From positions 51-64,050 of the forward strand of contig CAZHMG010000006.1 of NCBI GenBank assembly GCA_964533575.1: DNA of 64,000 bases. Direction: 5' to 3'. The first letter of the stretch is position 1, and every line of letters begins with the position of its first letter. The notes below the pieces were generated by a model. That model had not been told where the DNA came from, ran no database searches, and worked only from the letters and a program-made list of their open reading frames with translations. The stretch comes from an uncultured Thermoleophilia bacterium. Lineage in GTDB: Bacteria; Actinomycetota; Thermoleophilia; UBA2241. The position numbers were made by a program, and so were the translations under genes. Shown here in pieces: positions 1-10,068 of this stretch.

Positions 1-663
1 GGAGCCAAGCGCTACTACGCTGAGATCATGATGCCGTTCGGAGCACAGGTGACGAAGAACATCGAGAAGGTGATGCAGTATCCGATCTCACTGATCTGTC
101 CCAGTCATGGTCCTGTGTACGATGACCCGGCATTCATCGTGGCCGCCTACCGCGACTGGGCGACGGGGGATCCGCAGAACACCGTGTGCTTGCCGTATGT
201 CTCGATGCACGACAGCACGCGCATGATGGTTGATCATCTGACCGCGTCGCTTATCGATCGCGGCGTGGCGGTGGAACGCTTCGACCTCGTGTCCCTCGAC
301 GCCGGTGAGCTGGCGAGCTCGCTCGTCCATGCCGGGACCATCGTGCTCGGCACGCCGACAATCCTCACCGGTCCTCATCCCCTCGCCGCATACGCAGCCT
401 TTCTCGCGAACGCCCTGCGTCCTCGAGCCAAGTTCGTGACGATCATCGGCTCTTACGGCTGGGCCGGCCAGACGGTCGACATCCTCACCGGCATGATGAC
501 CAAACTCAGCGTCGAAGTGCTCGAGCCGGTCATGGCCAAGGGCATGCCACGCTCCGATGACTTTGCCGCGCTCGATACTCTCGCCGACACGATCGCAGTG
601 AAGCACGCGGACTTGGCCTCACGCAATTTCGCCGACTTGACCGTCTGCCATTTCGACACCTGA
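1..663 (+). CDS. fprA: FprA-family flavodiiron protein, C-terminal part (5' end outside window)
   Basis: Frame 1 is open from base 1 (GAKRYYAEIMMPF). It contains ICPSHGP (metallo-beta-lactamase diiron His) and a flavodoxin domain (YVSMHDST, IGSYGW). Confidence 0.85.
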   Translation, partial: GAKRYYAEIMMPFGAQVTKNIEKVMQYPISLICPSHGPVYDDPAFIVAAYRDWATGDPQNTVCLPYVSMHDSTRMMVDHLTASLIDRGVAVERFDLVSLDAGELASSLVHAGTIVLGTPTILTGPHPLAAYAAFLANALRPRAKFVTIIGSYGWAGQTVDILTGMMTKLSVEVLEPVMAKGMPRSDDFAALDTLADTIAVKHADLASRNFADLTVCHFDT

Positions 664-678
664 GGCTGATCCGCCGGC

Positions 679-1509
679 GTGCTGACCGTCCTGGCAGGCC
701 TGTCGTCGGCGTTCGCCTATGCGGCGAGCGACCTGTTCTCGCAGAGGGTGACCCGGCGGGCGCGTGCGCTCACGCAGGTCGTGTGGGTCCTGACGACCGG
801 CGCCCTCATCATCCTGCCGGTCGCCCTGCTCGTGGACGGCTGGCCTCAGGACGGCCAATGGCGATCGGCAGGAATGGCCGCCCTCGCCGGCGTGGCCTAC
901 GTCGCCGCCTTCTCATGCCTCCTGCGCGGCCTGCAGACCGGAGACCTCGGTCTCGTCTCGACCCTCAACTCGCTCCAGGGCGCTTACGCCGTCCTTGCGT
1001 TCGTCCTTCTGGGCCAGCCCGTGTCACCGGCGCTCGGATTGGCGCTGGCGTTGTGCGCCGCCGGAGCCGCCCTCACGTCCTTGCAGGACCGCGCCAGCAC
1101 GACGGCGGGCGCGGCTTGGGCGTTCGCCTCCGGCCTTCTCTTCGCCACCGTGATGGTCTGCTATAGCTACGCCGATGGGATCAGCTGGCTTTCACAGACG
1201 GCGATCTCCCGGTTCGTGTCGCTGATCCTCGCGTTGCCGATCGCGATGATGACTGGCGGCTTTGCGCTTCCCAAGGGCTTGCGACCTGTCGCCGTGGGCG
1301 CCGGTGCTCTGGAGCTCTGCGGCCTGCTCCTGTTGACGGCGTCGTTGTCGCTGGGACCGTTGACGGTGGCGGGTGTTACGACTACTCAGTTCGGAACCTT
1401 CGCGGTGCTTCTCGGGTTCGCGTTCCTCCGCGAGCGACCGCGGCGTCATCAATGGGTTGGTATCGCCTGTACCCTGCTCGGCGTGACCGCGCTGGCGGCG
1501 CTTGCATGA
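679..1509 (+). CDS. DMT/EamA-family transporter
   Basis: About 10 hydrophobic helices in two repeats, with a C-terminal FLRERP..QWVGI EamA-type signature. Confidence 0.8.
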   Translation: MLTVLAGLSSAFAYAASDLFSQRVTRRARALTQVVWVLTTGALIILPVALLVDGWPQDGQWRSAGMAALAGVAYVAAFSCLLRGLQTGDLGLVSTLNSLQGAYAVLAFVLLGQPVSPALGLALALCAAGAALTSLQDRASTTAGAAWAFASGLLFATVMVCYSYADGISWLSQTAISRFVSLILALPIAMMTGGFALPKGLRPVAVGAGALELCGLLLLTASLSLGPLTVAGVTTTQFGTFAVLLGFAFLRERPRRHQWVGIACTLLGVTALAALA

Positions 1510-1578
1510 AGCACGTGTGCACAACCGCGGCGCCTTGGGCAGGATGGGCATACGTGCGGCGCGACGGGACGGGAGCCC

Positions 1579-4500
1579 ATGCTGCTGATGGATGACAAGG
1601 CGAACACCCCGGGCCGGGACATCGAGGTCCTCTGCTTCGACTGGGACAGCATCAGGCGAGAGGATGGAGGAGAGGATGTCGCGGAGGCGCGCAGCCTCAT
1701 TCAGCGGCTGTGCGCCGTGGGACTCGACATCGCCCTCCTGAGCGATTCCGACGTCGCTGCGGTCGACGACGAGCTCCGTGCGCGGGCGGACGTCGAGGGC
1801 CGCCTCTTCCTCTTCCTGTCGGGGGGTTCGGAAGTCTATGTGGTGGGGCCACAGGGCCCGCGGTTGCTCGCCAGACGGCAGGCGAGCGAGCAGGAGGAGG
1901 CCCAGATGGCGTCAGCTGCGGCGGCGTTCCGTGATGAGCTGGCAGGACGAGGACTTGACGTCTCTCTGACCTACGACGGCTTCAACCGCTGGCGAATCAC
2001 GCTTCCTCCCGGCGCGAAGGACGATGACGGTGAGGAGAAGTTGGTCCACCTCGCCCGGGAGCAGTTGCATGCAGCCGGATTACGGGACCGGGGGGTGAGA
2101 GTTGACGGGTATCAGCTGTATCTGGGCCACACCGATAGACGCAGCAGCCTGCGCGAGGTGATCCGGCATCTGATCCTCGAGCGCCGGCGCGAACTGTCCG
2201 ATCTTCTCGTCATCGGTGACGGTGTCGAGGAACTCGTCCGGCACGTCGCGCCTCGCGGCAGCCGCGGACGGCCGCTCGTGCTGGCCAATGAGCCGGGCGG
2301 ATGGGGCTTGGTGCTGCCGCTTCTCCGCGACCAGCTCGCGCGGCGGACGTCGGCCGCGTACGAGCGCTTCCCCGAGCCGGCACCAGACCCCGCTTGGCGT
2401 TACGAGGTGGTAGGGTTCGATCCATTTCGCGAGCGTGAGTCGGAGACGCTGCTGACCGTGTCCAACGGCGAGTCGGGGACTCGCGGGTCACTCGAAGAGG
2501 GATCTGGGGTCTCCACTCCCGGCACCTTCGTTGCCGGCGTCTTTGGCGACGGCACGGGAGAAATCCGTTTCCGCCAGCCCGTGCCGGCCGCGGACTGGGT
2601 CGGGTTGCGGCTCCTTGTCGGCGGCCTGCCGCTGTCTCTGGCGAACGGGGAGCTGATCGAGCATCGCCGCGTCCTCGACATGCGCCATGGAGTCGTTCAT
2701 CGAATCTGGCGGCAGCGTGACGGGATGGGACGTATCGTGACGGTACGCACAGCTCGCTTCGCGTCTCTCGCCGACCGTCAGATGCTCGCCCTTCGTGCGG
2801 AGGCGACAGCGGATAACTACTCCGGTCGCCTCATCTGGCAGTCCGCGGTGGGAATCTCGCATGCTGGCGGCCCTGTCAAAGAGATGGAGATCCATGACAT
2901 GCCGGATTCACGCCTGCTGGCGCGTACCATGGGCCGTAATGGCGGCGGGCATGTGCTCGCGCTGACCACGCAGCCCGCGTTCGGTTCGCCGATCGTGCGC
3001 TACGTGGATCAGGGCCGCGACGTCATCGGCGGCCTGCTGGAGCCCGGCGATCCCGCGACCGTCGATCGGCTCGCAGCCCTGGTGTCAGCGCGCACCCGCG
3101 TGCCGTCCGCCGCCGCAGTTGATCGAGTCCTCGAGAGGGCGATGCGTCTCGGCTACGACGAACTGCTGCGCCGCCATCGCGCCGCTTGGGAAGATCGATG
3201 GCGTGACGCCGATCTGGTGGTCGAGGGCGATGACGACGATCAGCAGGCCCTTCGATTCAGCATCTTCCACATGATCAGCACGGCCCACCCCACGAATGAC
3301 AGCGTCTCGGTGGGTGCGCGAGGCCTGAGCGGCATGTCCTACTTCCTGCATGTCTTTTGGGATACCGAGATCTTCGTGCTGCCATTCTTCATCTACACCC
3401 ATCCGCAGACAGCGCGAACGCTCCTTGCCTACCGCTTCCGAAACCTCGCGGGCGCTCGGGAGAAGGCGCGCCGTTTTGGTCACCGCGGCGCGCTCTACCC
3501 TTGGGAGTCTGCCGACAAGGGGGTTGAGACGACGCCGCCATACGGGCTCGGCCCCGGTGGGGAAGTGGTGCCCATCCTCTCCGGCCTCATGGAACATCAC
3601 ATTTCGGCTGACGTGGCCTGGGCTGTCTGGGAATACTGGAAGGCAACCGCGGACGACGCCTTCATGACGGGCATGGGCGTCGAAATGCTTCTCGAGACGG
3701 CGCGTTTCTGGGCCTCTCGATCCGTCCCCGACGACGAGGGCAGATACCATATCCGCCTCGTGGTCGGGCCTGACGAGTACCATGAGGCCATCGACGACAA
3801 CGCGTACACCAACGTTCTCGCGCGCTGGAACATCAGACGTGCTCTGGAGGCGTGGGCCTGGTTGCGGGAGGCCGACTCCGGCTACGCCGACGAGCTGTGG
3901 GAGCGCTTGGGTCTGAGTATGGGCGAGTTCGGGGAATGGAGCGCCGTGGCCGAGGGCCTCGTCGACGGCTTCGATCCGCAAACGCTCCTCTACGAGCAGT
4001 TCGAGGGTTTCTACGAGATGGATGATGTACCGCTCGAGAAGTTGCGGCCGCGCCCCATGGCTGCGGACATGCTGCTCGGGCGCGAGGCGACACTGCGTTC
4101 GAAAGTGATCAAACAGGCGGATGTGGTGATGCTCTCCCACGTCCTCTCAGACGAGATCGATGATGCGGTCACGGCCGCCAATTACGACTACTACGAGCCG
4201 ATGACCGCCCACGGCAGCTCCCTGAGTCCGGGAATGCACGCAGCCGTTGCGGCACGTCTCGGGCGAGTCGAGGATGCCGTCGACGACTTCAAGATGGCGG
4301 CGGCGATCGATCTCGGCGATACCATGGGCAACGCCGCGCGCGGCCTTCACCTTGCGACGATGGGCAGTCTGTGGCAGGCCGCGGTCATGGGGTTCGCAGG
4401 CATTCAGCGGCGAGACGAAGTTCTCCTCGTCGATCCCCACCTCCCGCCATCGTGGCGCGTGGTCAGGGTGCCGTTCCTGTTCCGCGGCGCCCGCCTTTCC

Positions 4501-4659
4501 TTTGACTTCGACCGCCGGGACGATGGCCTCGATCTGGGTATAAGCGTTGAACAGTCCGGCGTACGCGTCATCCTGGGCGGCGTGGAACACACGCTGCATC
4601 CGGGACGGCGTACCTTTCGCCGTGGCGAGGGGGGTGTGTGGCAGGAGGTTGACCCATGA
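1579..4659 (+). CDS. Glycoside hydrolase family 65 (trehalose/maltose/kojibiose phosphorylase-like) with an N-terminal HAD-like domain
   Basis: GH65 motifs ESETLLTVSNG..GTRG, GARGLSG..Y..HVFWDTE, GPDEYH, IKQADV and HGSSLS. The N-terminus has FDWD...VIGD HAD-like motifs. GGGAG RBS present. Confidence 0.9.
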   Translation: MLLMDDKANTPGRDIEVLCFDWDSIRREDGGEDVAEARSLIQRLCAVGLDIALLSDSDVAAVDDELRARADVEGRLFLFLSGGSEVYVVGPQGPRLLARRQASEQEEAQMASAAAAFRDELAGRGLDVSLTYDGFNRWRITLPPGAKDDDGEEKLVHLAREQLHAAGLRDRGVRVDGYQLYLGHTDRRSSLREVIRHLILERRRELSDLLVIGDGVEELVRHVAPRGSRGRPLVLANEPGGWGLVLPLLRDQLARRTSAAYERFPEPAPDPAWRYEVVGFDPFRERESETLLTVSNGESGTRGSLEEGSGVSTPGTFVAGVFGDGTGEIRFRQPVPAADWVGLRLLVGGLPLSLANGELIEHRRVLDMRHGVVHRIWRQRDGMGRIVTVRTARFASLADRQMLALRAEATADNYSGRLIWQSAVGISHAGGPVKEMEIHDMPDSRLLARTMGRNGGGHVLALTTQPAFGSPIVRYVDQGRDVIGGLLEPGDPATVDRLAALVSARTRVPSAAAVDRVLERAMRLGYDELLRRHRAAWEDRWRDADLVVEGDDDDQQALRFSIFHMISTAHPTNDSVSVGARGLSGMSYFLHVFWDTEIFVLPFFIYTHPQTARTLLAYRFRNLAGAREKARRFGHRGALYPWESADKGVETTPPYGLGPGGEVVPILSGLMEHHISADVAWAVWEYWKATADDAFMTGMGVEMLLETARFWASRSVPDDEGRYHIRLVVGPDEYHEAIDDNAYTNVLARWNIRRALEAWAWLREADSGYADELWERLGLSMGEFGEWSAVAEGLVDGFDPQTLLYEQFEGFYEMDDVPLEKLRPRPMAADMLLGREATLRSKVIKQADVVMLSHVLSDEIDDAVTAANYDYYEPMTAHGSSLSPGMHAAVAARLGRVEDAVDDFKMAAAIDLGDTMGNAARGLHLATMGSLWQAAVMGFAGIQRRDEVLLVDPHLPPSWRVVRVPFLFRGARLSFDFDRRDDGLDLGISVEQSGVRVILGGVEHTLHPGRRTFRRGEGGVWQEVDP

Positions 4660-5471
4660 CGCTGCTGATTGCCGTTTCAAACGTCGACAGGGATGCCGAG
4701 CTGATCGAATCCGGTCGTGCGCTGGCTGCCGCCGCCGGCTGGGATGTTCTTGCGGTTCATGTTCGCGAAGCCGAATGGGGCTTGGGTGGGGGGGACATCG
4801 ACGGCGTGGAGCTCCTGAACCTGGAGGGGGAGCCGGCCGACGCGCTCGTCACACTGATCTCCAATGCCACGATTGACTGCGTCGGCGTAGGCCTGTCGCT
4901 TGCCGACGGGTCCCCATTCGGGTCGATCGCGCGCTCGCTCCTCGAGCACTTCTCGCATCCGATCCTGCTGGTGAGGCCCGGCATGAGGCCGGTGACGGAA
5001 CTGCAGCGTCTTCTCGTCCCGCTCGAGGGAACGCCCTCCTCGTCTGCCGCGATGCTCTTCGTCGAAAGCGCCTTGTGCGTGCCTGGGCGCGAAATCACCA
5101 TGCTCCACGTAGCCACCGGGAGCGCCCCAGCTGAGGCCGGGAGTCTGCCGGCTCCGCGGTTCATCGACCAGGAGCAGTACGAGTGGAGTGACTGGCAGGA
5201 CGAGTTCTCCATGCGCTTCTCTCAGCGTGCGGAAGGGTGCCGCCATCGCGTTGATGTGGTCGTCGGCGATCCGCCCGGCGCGATCGCGGAGGAGGCCCGG
5301 GCCAGGGACGTCGACCTCATCGTGCTGACGTGGAAGGGCAGCTTCGCGGCCGGGCACGGCCCGGTCGTCAGGCGCCTGCTCGACGTTGCGCCGTGCCCCT
5401 TGGTGCTGGTCCCGTCCACGTGGACGTCAGGCGAGCACGACGTGGCTGCGTCGCTTGGAGCGCACCTGTGA
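4656..5471 (+). CDS. Universal stress protein (tandem USP domains)
   Basis: LLVPLEGT, LIVLT, GPVVRRLL..APCPLVLV. ATGA overlap with the GH65 stop. Confidence 0.75.
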   Translation: MTLLIAVSNVDRDAELIESGRALAAAAGWDVLAVHVREAEWGLGGGDIDGVELLNLEGEPADALVTLISNATIDCVGVGLSLADGSPFGSIARSLLEHFSHPILLVRPGMRPVTELQRLLVPLEGTPSSSAAMLFVESALCVPGREITMLHVATGSAPAEAGSLPAPRFIDQEQYEWSDWQDEFSMRFSQRAEGCRHRVDVVVGDPPGAIAEEARARDVDLIVLTWKGSFAAGHGPVVRRLLDVAPCPLVLVPSTWTSGEHDVAASLGAHL

Positions 5472-5474
5472 CGG

Positions 5475-6245
5475 TCAGGCTTGCCCTCTCTCCGGCAGTC
5501 GCCGGGAGAACACCATAACGAGGACGGCGCCGACAGCCATGCCTGCGAGCGAGACCCACTGCGGCTGCGTGAGCCCCGCATACCACTCAGGGTTGCGGCG
5601 GACGAACTCAACCAGCAGGCGCTCCGCTCCGGAGAGGATCAGGAACCAGCCAAACGTCCACCACCCGGAATGGTTTCTGCCGGCGAGCCACCAGAGCAAC
5701 CATATGATGGGAATCATCATCAGGACCTCGTAGATGGGGGTTGGGTGTACGGTGACTCCCGGGGGAGTCGGCACCGTCCCCTGCGGATACCCCATTGCCC
5801 AAGGGAGCGAGGAGGGGCGGCCGTAGTCCCCGTCACCGGCGAGCTGACAACCGATGCGGCCGATGGCGTAGCCGGCGGCGGTTGCCGGCGCCATGGCGTT
5901 GGCGATCACGCCGAGCGGGACGCGACGGACGAGCGTCCACGCCACGACGGCGAGGAAACCGCCGATGAGTCCCCCATACCAAGTGAAGCCGATGCCGCCG
6001 AACAATGCGCCCGTCAGATCGTCCTGAACTGAGCTCCAGTGTTCGGCGAGGTAGTAGATGCGCGCACCGACGAAGCCACCGGCGCCGGCCGCGATGATGA
6101 GCTCGTAGGCGAAATCGGGGTCGACGCCGCGGCGCCTGATGAGCGGGCGCACGACGAAGATGCCAGGAAGGATCAGCGACAGGGCCGCCATGAGGCCAAA
6201 GCTATGGATGCGAAGGCCGCCGATTTCGAAAAGTATTGGTCTCAT
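5475..6245 (-). CDS. lgt: Prolipoprotein diacylglyceryl transferase
   Basis: MRPILF, GARIYY, GFTWYGG, AIGRIGC, HPTPIYE, ERLLVEFVR. Confidence 0.92.
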   Translation of the reverse strand: MRPILFEIGGLRIHSFGLMAALSLILPGIFVVRPLIRRRGVDPDFAYELIIAAGAGGFVGARIYYLAEHWSSVQDDLTGALFGGIGFTWYGGLIGGFLAVVAWTLVRRVPLGVIANAMAPATAAGYAIGRIGCQLAGDGDYGRPSSLPWAMGYPQGTVPTPPGVTVHPTPIYEVLMMIPIIWLLWWLAGRNHSGWWTFGWFLILSGAERLLVEFVRRNPEWYAGLTQPQWVSLAGMAVGAVLVMVFSRRLPERGQA

Positions 6246-6289
6246 CTCCCCAGTCTAGGCGGGCGAGGCGGGAAGGGGCAATCCGGTGT

Positions 6290-7276
6290 TCAAAAGGCCG
6301 GCGGGCGCACGGAGGCCAGTGCCGTCAGCTCGCGAGCGAGCGCGGGATCGAAGTGGCCCGTGAGGGGAGATGCCGCGTTGGCGGCTGCGACGCCCGCAGC
6401 TGCCGCCAGCGCGGCTTGCGCCGGCTCTCCGGCCTCGAGCGCAACCATCAGCGCCGCCGCGAAGCAGTCGCCTGAGCCGACGGCGTTCCTGACACTGATG
6501 GACGGCGTCAGTATGTGCCATTGCTTGCCGGCGCACAGCGCGACTGCGCCGGCCGCGCCCAGCGTGACAATCGCGTCTCGGGCTCCGGCTGCAGTCAGTC
6601 GCGCGCACAGCTCCAGTCCCTCGGCGGCGGGCTCCGCTCCGGACCGCCAGCCTTCGTCATCGCACGGGCAGGGTGAAGCGCCGACGGCGGAGCGAGCCTC
6701 GGCGAGGTTGACCTTCACGATGTCTGGCCGCGCGGCAAGGCTCTCAACGAGTTGCACGCCGGTGGCGTCGACGAGGACTCGGTACCCGGCTTCGCGCAAC
6801 TCCCGGCAGATGGTCGCATAGAAGCCGTTGGTCGAACCGGGCGGGACCGCGCCGTCTACGATGGCCCACTCGATCGCCCGGGCAGGGCGCGAGCGCACGG
6901 CGGCGTGAAGCGCGTCCTCATCGGTGCCACGGATCACCGGACCGTGTTCGAAGAGACGGGTGGTGACGCCGTCATTGGTCAGAAGGACCGTCGAGATGCG
7001 GGTTTCGCCGTCGCAGATGACCAGGGCTGTGGTCAGACTCTCCTCCGCCGCAAGATCGGCGAACATGCGTCCCGTCAAGCCGGCCGCGAACCCTATGAGG
7101 ACGTCCTGCCTGGAAGCGTTTCGGCTACGAAGCGCTTGCAGGGCCCGGACGACGTTGGCCCCCTTGCCCCCTGCCTGTGTGCTGAGCGCGCGGCAGCGTG
7201 TCAATCCCCCCGAGGAGAGCTCTCCCGCCGTCAGCACTCTGTCGACGGCGAGATTGGGGCAGACGACGAGGGTCAT
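6290..7276 (-). CDS. PfkB/1-phosphofructokinase-family hexose kinase
   Basis: NLAVD, AGGKGANV, VDAT, KVNLAE, VTLGAAGA and the NAVGSGD anion hole. Start set at ATG 7276. Confidence 0.85.
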   Translation of the reverse strand: MTLVVCPNLAVDRVLTAGELSSGGLTRCRALSTQAGGKGANVVRALQALRSRNASRQDVLIGFAAGLTGRMFADLAAEESLTTALVICDGETRISTVLLTNDGVTTRLFEHGPVIRGTDEDALHAAVRSRPARAIEWAIVDGAVPPGSTNGFYATICRELREAGYRVLVDATGVQLVESLAARPDIVKVNLAEARSAVGASPCPCDDEGWRSGAEPAAEGLELCARLTAAGARDAIVTLGAAGAVALCAGKQWHILTPSISVRNAVGSGDCFAAALMVALEAGEPAQAALAAAAGVAAANAASPLTGHFDPALARELTALASVRPPAF

Positions 7277-7389
7277 GTGATTGTGCAAGAGTCGGTCACT
7301 TCATCGGGTAGGGTATACGTCGTCCTGCCCGGAGCCAAACGATGGCGGGACGCGCTGGGCGGCTCAGTCCCTCCGCGTACAATGCTGGT

Positions 7390-8637
7390 ATGCGATCCTT
7401 CCTGATCAGGGAGCGCCTGAGGCGCGCGTTCGTGTGGATCGGCGTCGCGTTGCTGTCCACGGCCGCGCTCGCCGCCTGTGGTTCGACCAGCGACAGCGAA
7501 ACCACGATCTCGCTCCCAGTCCAGGAAGCGGTCACGACTGCTGAGGCCCAAGCGATGTTCGACGAGGCCGCTCGAGCACTGCACAGCCGGGACCTCTCCG
7601 CATATCGCGCCGCCGTGCCGGCTGAACGCGAAGCAGTGCGGCGCTCCCTCAGCCAGATCTATCGCCGCCTCTCGCCGCTCCCGTGGGACTCATTCGCGTT
7701 TGTCGTGACGCCCGTCGCGGGCCGTGAAGAGCAGTTCGCGGTCAAGGCGGTTGGACGGCTCGGCGGCGCCGGCCCGCCAGACCGGATAGGCGCTTTTCGC
7801 ATCTTCCTTATGCAGCGCAATGGAGACGGGGTGATCGCCGTCGCCGACGAGACGCCCCTGGACGCTCGCCGACAGTACCTCATGGCCTTCAGCGATCCCG
7901 TTGCCGTACGCGCCAACGACCTGGTTGTCGTGGCCGATCGCGCGACGATCGGGCGGGCGGAGTCGCTGGCCGCAGCGGGTCTGACTGCGCGGAAACGGCT
8001 GAAGACGGTCCTGGGCATCGCGTCTCGTGAGCCCGTCTTCGTGGCGTTGTACTCCTCGGCCGACCAGCTCCGCGACGCGCTGGGCGGCGGGCCGTCAGAG
8101 CAGCGAATCAAGTTCTTCTCCAGCCCTCCGCCGCGCCTGAGTTCGGCTCCTTGGCGCACCCGCGACATCGGCGTCCTTGCCCCCACCCTGGAAGGGACGG
8201 CCGACTGGATGCCGCTGATGCTGGCCCACGAGCTGACCCACGCCTACACGGTTCGCTGGTTCAAGAACACGGAGCATGCGCCGACACTCCTGCTTGAGGG
8301 GCTGGCGACAGCGGTCGAGGGTGACCGTGATTTCGCGCCGCTGCGCCAGGAGGTCAGCACGGGCAACAAGGTCTGGCCTCTCGCAGAGACGCTGGCGACA
8401 GGCAGCCTGTGGATGGGCAGCTCAACGGAGGAGGTTCACCTCGCCTACCTCGAGGGCAGTTCCCTCGTCCAGTACGTGATCGATCGGTGGGGCTTGCCGA
8501 AGGTGAAGCCCTTCTTCGTCGCGATCGCCGATTCGGATCTGACGAGGAACGAGCTGGACAAGGCCTGCCGGGAGATACTGGAGATGAGCTGGGCAGAGTT
8601 CTACCGCGGTTGGAAGGCCTACGTGCTCACGTTGTGA
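7390..8637 (+). CDS. Lipoprotein with a C-terminal HExxH (peptidase MA/gluzincin-like) domain
   Basis: Signal peptide with lipobox LAAC, then HELTHAY followed by LLEGLA. TACAAT (7378-7383) lies 6 nt before the ATG. Confidence 0.7.
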   Translation: MRSFLIRERLRRAFVWIGVALLSTAALAACGSTSDSETTISLPVQEAVTTAEAQAMFDEAARALHSRDLSAYRAAVPAEREAVRRSLSQIYRRLSPLPWDSFAFVVTPVAGREEQFAVKAVGRLGGAGPPDRIGAFRIFLMQRNGDGVIAVADETPLDARRQYLMAFSDPVAVRANDLVVVADRATIGRAESLAAAGLTARKRLKTVLGIASREPVFVALYSSADQLRDALGGGPSEQRIKFFSSPPPRLSSAPWRTRDIGVLAPTLEGTADWMPLMLAHELTHAYTVRWFKNTEHAPTLLLEGLATAVEGDRDFAPLRQEVSTGNKVWPLAETLATGSLWMGSSTEEVHLAYLEGSSLVQYVIDRWGLPKVKPFFVAIADSDLTRNELDKACREILEMSWAEFYRGWKAYVLTL

Positions 8638-8722
8638 AGCACGCGCGGCCGCGTCTCTGGTTGCGCTTCCGCCTGTAAAGGGGTACACGGTATGGTGGAG
8701 TATTCCTCGGGAAGGAGACGGC

Positions 8723-10051
8723 ATGAGGTGGTCGAGAAGACGCAGTGGAATCCTCGTGGCGCCCGTGATCGTCGCGATCGCCCTGATTGTGGGCGTCGGC
8801 TCAGTCGCCGGGGCCGGCTCGAGTGGGACCCTCCCTCAAATGGCTCCGGAAGAGATCTTGGCCACCATGGCCCAGAGCGACCTGTCGTCGCTGAGCGTCA
8901 GTGGCGAGATCTCTTGGCGGAACGATCTTTTCGGAACCATGGAGATGCCGTCTGACCTCGCCCAGATCCCAGCCCAGTCGCCGCTGCTGAGCAGCGGCTC
9001 GGGGCGGTTGTGGGCCAGCCGGGACGGCGTACGCATCGAGTCTCAGGGGAGCGGCGGCGACGAGATCGCGACCGTCAGCAGGGCGTCGCGAACGGCGTGG
9101 GTATTCGACTCCGCCGCGAACACCGCTCGCCGATACGAACTGACGGGCGAAGAGATGACGTCTCCGTCGTCGTCCCCATCCGCCGGCGCGACCCTCGCGC
9201 CGGTGATGGCGAAGGCATGGCTCCAGCGCCTGTCCCTCTACGCGACCGTGGAGGTTGCGGGTCAGGAGGCGGTGGCAGGACGTTCGGCGTATCTTCTGCG
9301 CATGACGCCGCTCAGCGACGACACTGCGCTTGGGTACGTCCAGGCGGCTGTCGATGGCGAAACCATGCTACCGCTGCGGCTGGAGGTATTCGCGCGAGGC
9401 TATGCGCAGCCGACTCTTCGTCTCGGCTTCGACACCATCTCGTACGCGGACGTCGACGCGTCGCTCTTCGAGTTCACTCCGCCGGACGGCACCGACGTCA
9501 AGACGAAGACGATCGACCCATCGAAGATGCGCGCCGACGGAGAAAGAGATGTGGACGCGGGGAGCAGAGCGGGGGCGCGAAACGAGACCGACAAGGCGCG
9601 CAGAGAGCTGGCGCGCCGTGCGTTGCTCACCATGGAGCAGGCGCAGCGCCTGGTCGACTACGATCTGGCCCGGGCGCGTGACTACGCCGCTCGCCCCTTC
9701 CGCTGGGCGTATGTCTTCGCTGATGAGGGACCGCTGACGGCGCGGGGCGAGGCGCTCTTGACGATGGCTGGGCAAGACGAGACAACTGGGCTCGGCCGCG
9801 TGACGGCTCTTCTTTACGGCTCGGGCTTCGGCGCCATCACGTTGCTGCAGACGAGGACGACGCCGGAACTGACCGAGCAACTGAAGCAGCTACCCGTACT
9901 CGTGCAGACAGAGGCGGGCGGCAGCTCCGTCCGTTCGATCTTCACGCCGCTTGGGGGTGCCGTCGTCTGGCAGCAGGGTGAAACGACGCTCCTCGCTGCC
10001 GGACTGGTGACCCAGACGGAGCTCGAGGAGTTCGTGGACGCGGTGCGTTGA
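8723..10051 (+). CDS. Secreted LolA/RseB-fold-like (DUF2092-like) protein
   Basis: N-terminal signal/TM segment, beta-rich repeats (GRLWAS..GVRIE, VAGRSAYLLRMTP, VDGETMLPLRLEV, FEFTPPDG). GGAAGGAG RBS. Confidence 0.6.
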   Translation: MRWSRRRSGILVAPVIVAIALIVGVGSVAGAGSSGTLPQMAPEEILATMAQSDLSSLSVSGEISWRNDLFGTMEMPSDLAQIPAQSPLLSSGSGRLWASRDGVRIESQGSGGDEIATVSRASRTAWVFDSAANTARRYELTGEEMTSPSSSPSAGATLAPVMAKAWLQRLSLYATVEVAGQEAVAGRSAYLLRMTPLSDDTALGYVQAAVDGETMLPLRLEVFARGYAQPTLRLGFDTISYADVDASLFEFTPPDGTDVKTKTIDPSKMRADGERDVDAGSRAGARNETDKARRELARRALLTMEQAQRLVDYDLARARDYAARPFRWAYVFADEGPLTARGEALLTMAGQDETTGLGRVTALLYGSGFGAITLLQTRTTPELTEQLKQLPVLVQTEAGGSSVRSIFTPLGGAVVWQQGETTLLAAGLVTQTELEEFVDAVR

Positions 10052-10068
10052 ACGCTTGATACTGACAA

